This document shows, piece after piece, positions 30,458 through 40,194 of a stretch of 64,000 bases of DNA. Position 1 is the stretch's first letter; each line of letters opens with the position of its first letter. This DNA is from Candidatus Hermodarchaeum yapensis (lineage in GTDB: Archaea > Asgardarchaeota > Hermodarchaeia > Hermodarchaeales > Hermodarchaeaceae). A program made the translations under genes and the position numbers. Under the pieces are notes generated by a model that ran no database searches, was not told the origin of the DNA, and saw only the letters and a program-made list of their open reading frames with translations. The stretch lies in NCBI GenBank assembly GCA_016840405.1, contig JAEOSK010000002.1:1-64000 (forward strand). The letters are read 5' to 3'.

Positions 30458-31918
30458 ATGACAAAAACGCACAGGGATCGAATCACCGTAGGCGAGCGCC
30501 CAAAGGTTACGAGTGAGATTCTCAACGATACCAATATCCAGTACAATTGGAAAACTTCGTTACTTAATAAGAACCTAAAATATGACCTAACTCGGTGTGT
30601 TGGCTGTAGTCTTTGTATTCCCTGTCCGTGGGATGCTATCGAATTGGGTCCAGTACAAGAAGTTGCTGCTGGTCGAATGGAAGGCGCCCCCCTCGTCCTC
30701 ATTGACGAAGACAAATGCACGTTTTGTGGATTGTGTGATTCAGCGTGCCTTTTCAACGCCATAGAAGCCCGGTTTGATGATATCCCTGCTGACGTTAAAT
30801 ATGCTCGATTAAAAGGCAAACATGAACTCGACGAAGACAAATGTGCGCCGTGTCTGCTATGTGCAAAGATTTGTCCACGCGAAGCAATCTCGGTTGAGCT
30901 CAAGGTTACCCCGAAAACTGGGTTAGTCAAATATCAAGACCCGAAAGCCGCTCAATGGGTGGCGAAAGGCAAACCCGAGGCCACCGGCTCTATCAAAATT
31001 GATGAAGACAAATGCACATGGTGCGGCCTGTGTGAATTACTATGCCCCGAATGCATTACCATTTACTGGCACGAAGAAAAACCCCAACCTCCCGATTTCA
31101 AACCCGCAGTGAGTATTCGGGTTGATACCACCCACTGTGATTATTGTGGACTCTGTGAAACCATCTGTCCCTCCGATGCTGTACGTGTGACTTGCGACAA
31201 ATCCCCCCCTCGCCAAATCAAGGACCCGAAAGTTGAAGGCACCATGACCATTGATGATGGCTTGTGTGTCGACTGCACACTCTGCGCCCTGAAATGTCCC
31301 TATGAAGCCCTAGATGTTACTCTTCCACTAACTGGGGATGTTGAAATCCATAATTTAGAGAAATGTGACCCGACAGGCTGTGTCAATTGTTTCAACATCT
31401 GTCCCACCAAAGCCATCTATGCAACGGGAGACAAAGACAAAATCGCCATCAACAAAGAGATATGTGTCTTCTGCGGCGCGTGCGAAAACGCGTGCCCTGA
31501 ACAAGTCCTCAAAGTCACCCGCGATAGTTACCAACTCTCCCAAATCGAAGAAGCCCGAGGTTGGGAACGGGGTCGTGCTCTACACTTTTATGATCAGCTA
31601 GTTGGACGTGAAGCACCTCAAAATAACATTTATGAACGTGTGATTAAAGCTTCCCCGGTTAAACCTTCAGTGCCTATCCAAACCAAATCTGAAGATTGGT
31701 CTGAAAGCAAACTTAATCGCCGACTAGCCCAAGACCGAGTCCGGAAAGTTCAGGAGTTTATCAAAAAGAATTGGCGATTACGATTGCTCTTTGAGAGAGG
31801 TCGTGTTGGTCCTCTCTTCACGGCTCTTCGTAAAGAGACTCTTAAGAAAACTAGTATACAAGCACCGAGTGAATCGAGGTCCGAACCGAAGAAAAACTCT
31901 TCAAAAAAGTCTCAATGA
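30458..31918 (+). CDS. fwdF: Polyferredoxin, FwdF-like
   Basis: Eight CxxCxxCxxxC-type motifs; PWDAIELGPV..VAAG and CDPTGCVNC motifs. Confidence 0.85.
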   Translation: MTKTHRDRITVGERPKVTSEILNDTNIQYNWKTSLLNKNLKYDLTRCVGCSLCIPCPWDAIELGPVQEVAAGRMEGAPLVLIDEDKCTFCGLCDSACLFNAIEARFDDIPADVKYARLKGKHELDEDKCAPCLLCAKICPREAISVELKVTPKTGLVKYQDPKAAQWVAKGKPEATGSIKIDEDKCTWCGLCELLCPECITIYWHEEKPQPPDFKPAVSIRVDTTHCDYCGLCETICPSDAVRVTCDKSPPRQIKDPKVEGTMTIDDGLCVDCTLCALKCPYEALDVTLPLTGDVEIHNLEKCDPTGCVNCFNICPTKAIYATGDKDKIAINKEICVFCGACENACPEQVLKVTRDSYQLSQIEEARGWERGRALHFYDQLVGREAPQNNIYERVIKASPVKPSVPIQTKSEDWSESKLNRRLAQDRVRKVQEFIKKNWRLRLLFERGRVGPLFTALRKETLKKTSIQAPSESRSEPKKNSSKKSQ

Positions 31919-31952
31919 ATCGCTAAGTCCTTTTCGATCCCCTCTTGTTAAA

Positions 31953-32333
31953 TTATGGAAGATCGGTTGAGGATGTTATTGGCCCTTTACTCGGTTTGAT
32001 AATCACTTCGGTTCCCTGGCTAGGAACCATGGACTCAATGACTGCATAAGCCCAGGGACTCGGTTGCATCAGAGCAATTCCTTCGGGTTGATTTTCCTTT
32101 AGCTGAGTTCTCACAATGACATTTCCTACCTTTGAGCTAACTTCAATGAAATTGCCCTCTTTGATACCTAATCGTTGTGCATCTCGAACTGAAATCGTAA
32201 TACGGGCCGCCACTTTTTCATATTCTTTGGATAGGGTACCTTGACCAGCTTGGACTTCGTCAACTTCAAGTGTACGCGCAAGTAATAATCGTACTTCGAG
32301 CTGTGGGTAGAGAAAATCACGTAACGCCATCAC
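31953..32333 (-). CDS. fwdD: FwdD-like molybdopterin dinucleotide-binding domain protein (divergent)
   Basis: SKEY..VAA, DAQRLGIKEG, VSSKVGNVIV and PW motifs; GRT replaced by ART. Confidence 0.75.
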   Translation of the reverse strand: MMALRDFLYPQLEVRLLLARTLEVDEVQAGQGTLSKEYEKVAARITISVRDAQRLGIKEGNFIEVSSKVGNVIVRTQLKENQPEGIALMQPSPWAYAVIESMVPSQGTEVIIKPSKGPITSSTDLP

Positions 32334-32367
32334 TTGTCACACACCGAGTATATGGTACTATGCCTTC

Positions 32368-32519
32368 ATATTTCTTATTTTTTGGCATGGGATAAAATTT
32401 GAAAATAATAGAGCACCCTGTTGATGTTCGAATATCAGCTAAGATAACGGTACTAAGTTTCAAGAAGAGTAAGCGCTATTCCGAGAAAAAAGTTCAGTAA
32501 GGCTAAGTATTGTGTGTAA
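32368..32519. repeat. 152-bp direct repeat copy 1, ending in a 27-bp site
   Basis: Ungapped match to 33834-33985, about 80% identical by manual count. Confidence 0.92.
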
Positions 32520-32597
32520 AGAAGCATCGATTATAGATTTTGCCAATAAAATAAATTGAAGTACGAATTCGAAAAAAGGGAGAATCACAGATTTTAA

Positions 32598-33158
32598 TCA
32601 TTCATTCTTGCATGGATTCTTCGATTTTTCTCCCAATTTAAATTGTTTGATTTTATAGAACAACATGACCGCCAGTGCAACTAGGGTTGCTAATATACAA
32701 AGATTACCAAGATTCCAAAAGATGATCACGAATTCGTTAATGGTAAAACGCCATCCCATAAATCCCCAAAGGCTTGAAGACCGGAAGGAGAGTCCAGCGA
32801 AACCTCCAATTGAATACGACACAATAGCGAGAAATACTGATAAGATTATGATACCCTTTCCATATTCGGGGTTCTTCCTGTAAAGGTGGACGAAAATCAG
32901 AATGGCTAGTTGTGCGCATAGGACATAACCGCCCACCATTATGATTAACTCATACGGAATATAGGAGATGCTTAAGATGATCTGGCGCAGAATTATGGAG
33001 ATGCGAAAGATGATCTGCTGTATGTGAAAGATGATCTGCTGCGGAATCATTCCTGAAACAACTATTATCCAGAGGATGGTGACGACACAGGCTAGGATGA
33101 GTGACATCAACACTATTTTTAGGAACTTGCGTTTTGCATTATTCATTCGACTTCCCAT
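32598..33158 (-). CDS. Orphan membrane protein with short internal tandem repeats
   Basis: Hydrophobic helices; QQIIFHIQQIIFRI repeat. Confidence 0.6.
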   Translation of the reverse strand: MGSRMNNAKRKFLKIVLMSLILACVVTILWIIVVSGMIPQQIIFHIQQIIFRISIILRQIILSISYIPYELIIMVGGYVLCAQLAILIFVHLYRKNPEYGKGIIILSVFLAIVSYSIGGFAGLSFRSSSLWGFMGWRFTINEFVIIFWNLGNLCILATLVALAVMLFYKIKQFKLGEKSKNPCKNE

Positions 33159-33159
33159 T

Positions 33160-33627
33160 TTATATCACTAACATTAACACAACAAATCCATCCGAGGATG
33201 CCGTAACCATATAGTTTTGGAGGATATGAAGAGTCAGCGTCATTTCAATCAATCTACTCCTCCACATATGTTTCTCGCTGTACCGATAGGGTTCGTTGTA
33301 CTCGCCGCCCTTGGCTTCCAACCAAAGCAGGTGGTGGTTCCAGCAATAGCAAAGCCTCCATTCAAACAGATCATAACCATCTTCAATCCTATAGTAACCA
33401 AGCGTGTAGGTTGTATTCCATATGGCACTCTTAATCGGAGCGTTGTACTTGTTTTTGATAGTAGACGGAAGAATATCTTGAGTCGAAACTAATACTCGAA
33501 AAGATTGTCTTTGTACTGAAGTAAAAGAAGCAAGTAGGTGCAGTATTATAATTACCGCGAATAGGTAAAGTTGTATGATTGGTGCTGTCTTGAATACCGC
33601 TTTATTCGGGTAGACAGCAGATTGCAC
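33160..33627 (-). CDS. Orphan protein, possibly degraded
   Basis: GGGGAG RBS before GTG; abuts the next ORF; no recognisable family. Confidence 0.4.
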   Translation of the reverse strand: MQSAVYPNKAVFKTAPIIQLYLFAVIIILHLLASFTSVQRQSFRVLVSTQDILPSTIKNKYNAPIKSAIWNTTYTLGYYRIEDGYDLFEWRLCYCWNHHLLWLEAKGGEYNEPYRYSEKHMWRSRLIEMTLTLHILQNYMVTASSDGFVVLMLVI

Positions 33628-33718
33628 TTAACTCCCCTGAACATGAGAAGATAGCAATTCGAAGTACAAAAACACTCGTATTCACAGCTAGGAGCTAGAT
33701 GTTTTTCTGACGAAAAAT

Positions 33719-33745
33719 TTTAGTAAGGCTTGGATTTGTAAGTTC
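33719..33745. repeat. 27-bp site copy
   Basis: TTTAGTAAGGCTTGGATTTGTAAGTTC after an A-tract. Confidence 0.75.
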
Positions 33746-33833
33746 AAACTAATTATTAGTTGATTAATTGAATTTGCTATACATTAGATGTAAACATATA
33801 ATTACAGGAAAATATACCTCAATGTTGATTAAA

Positions 33834-33985
33834 ATATTTCTTATTTTTTGACAGAGCATAAGATATGAAAATAATAGAGTACCCTGTTGCTGTTCGAATA
33901 TCAGTTAAGAATACGGGACTATGTTTCGCGTAGAGTAAGCGCTATTCTGAGGAAAAATTTCAGTGAGCTCTGATTTTGTGAGTAT
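33834..33985. repeat. 152-bp direct repeat copy 2, ending in a 27-bp site
   Basis: Matches 32368-32519. Confidence 0.92.
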
Positions 33986-34304
33986 TAAATCTTTTACACT
34001 CACAGGTTAACATAATAGAAAAACGAATAAAATAATCAAACTCTTAGGGAATACTCATCTTTAGTAAATATATGTCTGACTGAAACTCCTGCTGGTTCCT
34101 CCTTACTAAGGTCCAACGACTTGCAGTACTCTCTATTTGTTGAGTATTTTTTTGAATCCATCACACAACTCAGGGTTGCGGAGTATAACTCTGATTGTCG
34201 CAACTGAATCTGATAGATATTTGATTTCGTAGCGATTGGTTTTACGGAAAACCCTGGAAAGCATTTCGTAGTCTGGAGTATTACGCCATAAATACATGAG
34301 AACC

Positions 34305-34336
34305 AAAAAAAGAAAAGAAGGGAGGCCAAGCCTCCC
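34305..34336 (-). terminator. Hairpin plus T-tract terminator
   Basis: GGGAGGC-CAA-GCCTCCC followed by a T-rich run on the minus strand, just after the stop at 34347. Confidence 0.7.
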
Positions 34337-34346
34337 AAAAATGCAA

Positions 34347-34835
34347 TCACTCAGTTACAATAAGGGTTTCAATAAAGACCAGCACAGGTTCGTGTCCGAT
34401 ATAAAGCTCGACTCGCCAGTCATACTCGCCGGGTGTGAAGTAGTCCGCTTCGAAAATTATATAGTAAATGAACGCGTGATAAGGTCCTGGTAACTCTGGG
34501 TCATAGTAGTCTTTATCGTTGAAAACAAAGTGTTTGTTCTTAAGATCGATTTCCGTGTCGTCAATGAATAGCTTCGCTTCAAAAGGTCGCCATTCTGAGA
34601 GAAAATTACTCGGAATACCAAAGCAGCCGTGCCATACGTTACTTTGTTTACTAGCACTAATTTCCATACTAACCCACGGATGAATACGTTGGCCATGGCT
34701 CTCTATCCAATCTACAAACTCCCACGGACCATATTGTTTTGCTTGCACGGATTGTAGACAGGGGAGCACGCAGAACACGAGCAAACACACCAGACTTACT
34801 TTTAGCAACTGTTTCTGTTTCATTGAAATTTCCAC
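34347..34835 (-). CDS. Orphan secreted protein
   Basis: Signal peptide ending VQA; own TATA and terminator. Confidence 0.7.
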   Translation of the reverse strand: MEISMKQKQLLKVSLVCLLVFCVLPCLQSVQAKQYGPWEFVDWIESHGQRIHPWVSMEISASKQSNVWHGCFGIPSNFLSEWRPFEAKLFIDDTEIDLKNKHFVFNDKDYYDPELPGPYHAFIYYIIFEADYFTPGEYDWRVELYIGHEPVLVFIETLIVTE

Positions 34836-34960
34836 TCCAATTGTACGCCACTTCGTGGCGTCGAGTTAAAGTATGATATATATCGTATATAAGAGTTAGA
34901 GGTTTTTTTCTCTACACGCCGTTTTACTTAGATAAACATTTAACCATCAGATAAAAAAAG

Positions 34961-34987
34961 CCCAGTAAGGCTTGGGTTTATGAGTAG
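34961..34987. repeat. 27-bp site copy
   Basis: CCCAGTAAGGCTTGGGTTTATGAGTAG after an A-tract; a half copy TGATTCTGTGAGTAA lies at 35042-35056. Confidence 0.75.
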
Positions 34988-35106
34988 TGTCTTTAGTGTT
35001 AGTGGCGATTTCTTCTTTCGCCACATAAGATGAGCGTTGCGTGATTCTGTGAGTAAAAGCATATCGGATGTCTTTGACCCACTTCTTTTAGTTTTTATTG
35101 GATTAT

Positions 35107-36063
35107 TCAAGGCTTCTTCCTGATAACCCCTGAGAAACCCATTAAGATTAATCCGATTAGGGAAATAAGCAAGGCTACCCCGGATAAAATGAGTGGAAGT
35201 GGATTCTCAGGCGTCATCCAGGGGTATCGAGGGCTTCCAGTGACCCCGGATAAATAGTATGTGAAGTAAAAAAATACTGCCAAGAGTATTCCCATTATGC
35301 ATACGGTGATACCACTCCACCGCATGATTGTACCAATTAGTGTAAAATCTCTTTTGAAGTAGAAATCTGACTCTATTGGTTCAAGTGAATGATAGAATCT
35401 TAGTATCCCTAAGACTGCTGCTCCAAATATGGACACAATTTGTAGTATTGGTAGAAAATAACCTAATGAGAATACAGATATTGGGAGAAAGTACCACGAA
35501 CCAAATGCAATTGTAAGGATACCTGCAATTATGAAAAAGGTAGTAGTAGTCTTTTGAATCGAATGGGATTTCGAATTAATTGGTATCTTCCTAAAAGCTA
35601 TTCCCCAGATTACCAAACCAAACCCGATTAGGAGATTAAGGGCTAAAAGCGTGTACAATTCGGAGAAAATGAAGATAATGAAAGCCGGTTGTGTAAGTAT
35701 TGTTGGCAACCAGAATTGGAAAGAAAGAAATAGTGCCGTAATTGTAATTCCTGTAAACAGGATAGAATAGCCAGTAACAAACAGGGCTATTTCAGACTGA
35801 TAAATTCTCCAATACCCCAAGAATGCGACCCCGATGAGAATTACACTTAGAAACTTCAGGAAAAAGATGACAATCCAGGTTCCTTGAGGTAACCCCATGT
35901 ATGCTCCTGCATTAAGAGAATAAGCAACAATTAGTAGGATCATTCCGATGATCCCAAGGTGAAAATAGACTCTTATCCGAGCCTCAGGCTGTTCAACAGG
36001 TTTTAGAGTTCGCTCTTTTGCACTTTCAATCGAAAATGTGATATTCGGCAAGAATTCCCGCAC
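35107..36063 (-). CDS. Orphan polytopic membrane protein
   Basis: About 8 TM helices; AT-rich. Confidence 0.7.
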   Translation of the reverse strand: MREFLPNITFSIESAKERTLKPVEQPEARIRVYFHLGIIGMILLIVAYSLNAGAYMGLPQGTWIVIFFLKFLSVILIGVAFLGYWRIYQSEIALFVTGYSILFTGITITALFLSFQFWLPTILTQPAFIIFIFSELYTLLALNLLIGFGLVIWGIAFRKIPINSKSHSIQKTTTTFFIIAGILTIAFGSWYFLPISVFSLGYFLPILQIVSIFGAAVLGILRFYHSLEPIESDFYFKRDFTLIGTIMRWSGITVCIMGILLAVFFYFTYYLSGVTGSPRYPWMTPENPLPLILSGVALLISLIGLILMGFSGVIRKKP

Positions 36064-36143
36064 CCACAGGTTTGAAGGTGTATCGAATTAATAAGCGTTT
36101 AGAAAACAATCGTGAAGATCAAATTTCCCAATTGATTAAAAAA

Positions 36144-36170
36144 ATAAGAAAGGCCTGGTTTTGTGAGTAA
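36144..36170. repeat. 27-bp site copy
   Basis: ATAAGAAAGGCCTGGTTTTGTGAGTAA after an A-tract. Confidence 0.75.
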
Positions 36171-36315
36171 AAAGGCGTTAGTTATCCCAAGTTGACTATG
36201 AATTTTTTCCTCAGAGGGTTCTTCGCCCCCTTCATTACACTAATAAGGTGAATCTGAACCAGTAATGCTTGAGGGAATTGCCGGTAACGCCCCACACTAG
36301 GAGCTGACCGTCACC

Positions 36316-38274
36316 ATGGGGATGTCATACAAGAATCGTCTCCTCTTCTGTTCACTCATACTCATCTGCTTAATTGGCGCCACAAGTCTTTTTGCACCTG
36401 ACACTTCGGTAACGAGTCGGGCGGATTGGACCTATCCTAGTGGCTTCGACCCCCATGGTGGCCATATTGACCGATTGACTATGGTAGTTTATCCTTCAAA
36501 TGCGACATCGAGAGCTCTACAGGATTTGGAGGCGAACAATATCTATGCCTACGACGACAACGTCCCCCTTTCTTCCATCGATGAACTCGTAATGCAATCC
36601 AACATTGAGGTCAATACGGAACAGGGTACCGGCTTACTCTTATTCTCATTCCGCAATTGGTTCCCCGCAAACATTTCGGGGTATCGTCGTGCACTCGCTT
36701 ATGCACTAGATAAATACGTTGTATGTGAACGGTCAACCGATGGCTATGCATTGCCTATTGATGGGGTTATCCCTCTTGCCAACTCAACTTATTCGTATGA
36801 ATCCCAGATTACCGAGTATTTCTATAGTAAAGAAATTGTGAAAGCAAATGCTTCCTTGGAAGCTTGTGGTTTCCGCGATTTGGACGGTGACGGCTGGCGT
36901 GAATACGATGCAAACAACAACAGCCTATGGGACGCTGATATAGACGTTGATGATGGCAGTTGGGCTCACGATTTCTTATGGCTTCCCATATACGTATGGC
37001 TAGGTGACGATCCTGCTTTTCATGCTGCTGAAATACTGGTTGAAGGTATGGCAGAATGTGGGCTTCATGGAGCTGTTATTGAATGGGACCCATATACATA
37101 TACTGAGTGGCCCCCTGAGAAGGCCTGGTGTTCCATGTGGAATGGACCAATTTCTGAAGAGCCAAACTTCCTTTATTTATTACATACTGGTTCTTATACC
37201 AGTCAATACTTGGACTACAGTAATCCAGAGTATGATGTAAACGTCACTCTCATGTACGGGGCTTCAACGAAACTAGAGGTTCGAGACTGGGCCTGGAACT
37301 GTTCTCAGATTCTTCTCCAGGATATGCCAATCATCCCGTGCTATAACGATGTCATCACCCAAGCTTACTGGACCGATCTGTGGGAGGGCTATGTGAATAT
37401 GCTGGGGGTCAATCGGTTGGGGAATAATCCCTGGACCTTTACCCACCTCCGCCTTAAGGATGAAGCGGGTGGTCCATTTGGTCCCTACCCCACAGAATAC
37501 CTTTGTGCCCTTACTGAGGGGATGGATTCTACGAATATTCGAGTATCCAGCAGTCGTTACGCGGATCGGGTGTTTATGAATGTGTATAGTCGTTTATGGC
37601 AGATGGATCCCCTCACCTGGGAGGAAGTCCCTGACCTCGCATACGACTGGATGATTGAACCCACTGAGCCTTCCGGGGATATCCGCTTGGGACAGAAGTT
37701 CACCTTCCACCTTTATGAGAACGTAACCTGGCATGATGGGACGCTTTTCACTGCTCAGGATGTTGCATTCAGTTTTAATCATATTTGGAAAGGGATGAGT
37801 AGTTGGGAAGGCGGTTTCTATACAACTGACCCTGTCGATAATATCTATCGCATCGACACCCCTGACGATTATACTGTTGTCATTTACACCAACCAAACTG
37901 GATACTTGGAATTTTATAAAGGCACACATCACTATATCCTGCCAAAACATATTTGGGAACAACATCTATGGAATGGAACCGACTCTCTCATGGATTGGGA
38001 GCCTTCAACACCACAGGATTTGGTAGGAACTGGCCCGTTTCGTTGGGTGAATCGAGTTCCCGGTTCGTATATCGTGTTGGATCGCCATTATAACTGGCAT
38101 TTCACTGTTGATCAGTCTCTACGAACACCAATGATTCCATGGACTCTATACATATTCATTTCTCTGGGAATTATCATTGTTCTCATCCAGATCGGGATTC
38201 TCGGATATCTCCTCAATAAGCGAAGGGCGTCTAAGACCAAACATCAATATAACCAGAAAAAGGGTGACGCCTGA
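36316..38274 (+). CDS. ABC peptide/nickel-type substrate-binding protein (family 5), C-terminally anchored
   Basis: RRALAYALDK, VPDLAYDW, TWHDGT.FTAQDVAFS and VGTGPF motifs. Confidence 0.88.
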   Translation: MGMSYKNRLLFCSLILICLIGATSLFAPDTSVTSRADWTYPSGFDPHGGHIDRLTMVVYPSNATSRALQDLEANNIYAYDDNVPLSSIDELVMQSNIEVNTEQGTGLLLFSFRNWFPANISGYRRALAYALDKYVVCERSTDGYALPIDGVIPLANSTYSYESQITEYFYSKEIVKANASLEACGFRDLDGDGWREYDANNNSLWDADIDVDDGSWAHDFLWLPIYVWLGDDPAFHAAEILVEGMAECGLHGAVIEWDPYTYTEWPPEKAWCSMWNGPISEEPNFLYLLHTGSYTSQYLDYSNPEYDVNVTLMYGASTKLEVRDWAWNCSQILLQDMPIIPCYNDVITQAYWTDLWEGYVNMLGVNRLGNNPWTFTHLRLKDEAGGPFGPYPTEYLCALTEGMDSTNIRVSSSRYADRVFMNVYSRLWQMDPLTWEEVPDLAYDWMIEPTEPSGDIRLGQKFTFHLYENVTWHDGTLFTAQDVAFSFNHIWKGMSSWEGGFYTTDPVDNIYRIDTPDDYTVVIYTNQTGYLEFYKGTHHYILPKHIWEQHLWNGTDSLMDWEPSTPQDLVGTGPFRWVNRVPGSYIVLDRHYNWHFTVDQSLRTPMIPWTLYIFISLGIIIVLIQIGILGYLLNKRRASKTKHQYNQKKGDA

Positions 38275-38275
38275 G

Positions 38276-40159
38276 ATGAGACACAAACCAAGAATAACCC
38301 TTTGGGTAGGTGTGGTTTTTTTTTGTATACTCATCTTCATTCAGGGCTGTTCCTCCCTCTCCTCACAACCCATTCCATCAAAGACGTGGACCTATCCCGA
38401 CGGTTATGACCCCCACGGCGGATACCTGGACCGGGTGACCTTCGTCGTCTATCCCCCCGAAGACGAACAACTGGGGCTCCAAGCCCTTCAGGCGAACATT
38501 ATCTATGCGTGGGACGAGCATGTCTCTGCCGAGAACATTACCGAGCTTGAAGCGGCACCCGGTGTGGAGGTTGCCACTGAACCCGGGGATTTGTATCGCA
38601 TGTTTGCGCTTGACTGTGGAACATTCCCCATGAATATTACCGGATACCGGCGAGCTATTGCTTTTGCCCTAGATAAATATGCTGTCGTTCAGGGGTCAAC
38701 AGATGGCCTTGGATTACCCCAAGATTGTGCAATTCCACGCGCTCTGACCAATTGGACCTATGAAAGTCAGCTCACTGAAACCTACTATGCACAAGATATC
38801 GTCAAAGCTAACGCCTCCTTGGAGGCAGCAGGTTTCCGAGACCTCACGAGTGACGGCTGGCGAGACTACGATGCGGATTTGAGTGGGACACTAACCTCTG
38901 GCGATAAGAATAGTCATGAAGTCGCGATCAGTTTTTTATATACAGGACATATTCCCTTGACCAATGCTATCACATTGGCAATAGAAGGATTGGCTAAGTG
39001 TGGTATTCGTGCTTATACCGTCCCTTGGGACCCTTACGATCCTATTGGACGATATTATGATGTAGGGACTCATACAATCAATCTTAAGGAATCCGGGGAT
39101 CTGTTTTTGTTGTATCACTTTTTCCATAGTTCCACAGGTGCCAACGAATGGTATTTTGGAGGCTGGAGGAACGACACTTACAATCAATACGCTGAGAACC
39201 TGATGGCTGCACGAACCAAAGAGGAGGTTCAGTACTGGACCTGGAAATGTCAGGAGATTCTTTGGTATGAACAGCCCATGATTGTCTGCTACAACGACGT
39301 CTTTACCAATGCTTATCGAACGGACATCTGGGAAGACTACATCAACATGCAAGGTCGGAACCGGATCGGGAACGGCTACAGCCTCGTGCACATCAAGCTC
39401 AAGGAAGAAGCAGGCGGTCCCTTCGGGTGTTTCCCTACCGAGTATATCATGAGCCTGAACGAAGGGCTAGATACGACCAACTATCTACGGAGCAATTCAG
39501 AATACACAAAAACGGTATTCCAGCTCGTCTACGAGAGACTTTGGACCTACTCACCCTATGATTGGACCCCCCAGCCGTCACTCGCCTATGCTTGGGAAAC
39601 GGAAGCTACTGTTGCCTCCGGGGATATCCAAGAGGGGGAGAAGTACACTTTCCATCTCTTTGAGAATGCCACCTGGCACGATGGAACTCCGGTCACTGCC
39701 GATGATGTGGCATTTAGTGTGTCACTGGGATTACAAGATCCGTACAACGCGGAAAACTATCAACACGTTTACAAGACCAACATTGTCGATAACATGACGA
39801 TTGAAATCTTCACCAACGCAACGGGCTTCTTCGAGTGGACACGGGCCACGGGTTTTACCGTCTATCCCGCACACATCTGGTCACTCCCATCTAGCATCTT
39901 CTCGTGGGTTCCAACCGTGCCTGAACTGGTGGGGTCCGGACCCTACATCTTCGCTGCCTATGTCCAAGGGCAATATGTGGTGTTGGACCGCAATCCTGAG
40001 TGGCACTTTGCTGTATCACAACCTCCACGCACTCCATGTCCTGTAACAGTTGATTGCTTTTGGTGTTATCCTTTGCTCTTGGGGATCATCATTATTCAAG
40101 TTTGCATCTTAGTGTATTTGGTTAATCGGCGTCGCAGTAGGGACGCTTCCAAGAAATGA
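38276..40159 (+). CDS. ABC substrate-binding protein (family 5), tandem paralog
   Basis: ATG at 38276; same motifs and domain order as the upstream gene. Confidence 0.88.
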   Translation: MRHKPRITLWVGVVFFCILIFIQGCSSLSSQPIPSKTWTYPDGYDPHGGYLDRVTFVVYPPEDEQLGLQALQANIIYAWDEHVSAENITELEAAPGVEVATEPGDLYRMFALDCGTFPMNITGYRRAIAFALDKYAVVQGSTDGLGLPQDCAIPRALTNWTYESQLTETYYAQDIVKANASLEAAGFRDLTSDGWRDYDADLSGTLTSGDKNSHEVAISFLYTGHIPLTNAITLAIEGLAKCGIRAYTVPWDPYDPIGRYYDVGTHTINLKESGDLFLLYHFFHSSTGANEWYFGGWRNDTYNQYAENLMAARTKEEVQYWTWKCQEILWYEQPMIVCYNDVFTNAYRTDIWEDYINMQGRNRIGNGYSLVHIKLKEEAGGPFGCFPTEYIMSLNEGLDTTNYLRSNSEYTKTVFQLVYERLWTYSPYDWTPQPSLAYAWETEATVASGDIQEGEKYTFHLFENATWHDGTPVTADDVAFSVSLGLQDPYNAENYQHVYKTNIVDNMTIEIFTNATGFFEWTRATGFTVYPAHIWSLPSSIFSWVPTVPELVGSGPYIFAAYVQGQYVVLDRNPEWHFAVSQPPRTPCPVTVDCFWCYPLLLGIIIIQVCILVYLVNRRRSRDASKK

Positions 40160-40194
40160 CAAATCTAAACTTGTGTTTAATGGGAGTCGAGAGA

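Noticed and set aside
34036-34350. 104-aa ORF as a real gene
   Set aside because: It starts inside the terminator hairpin and T-tract of the upstream gene and has no recognisable motifs.
32493-36170. CRISPR array from the 27-bp repeats
   Set aside because: Spacing is 69-1226 bp with genes in between, the copies are degenerate, and no cas genes are present.
38177-38275. Extended N-terminus of the second binding protein
   Set aside because: It overlaps the upstream gene; the ATG at 38276 gives a proper signal peptide.
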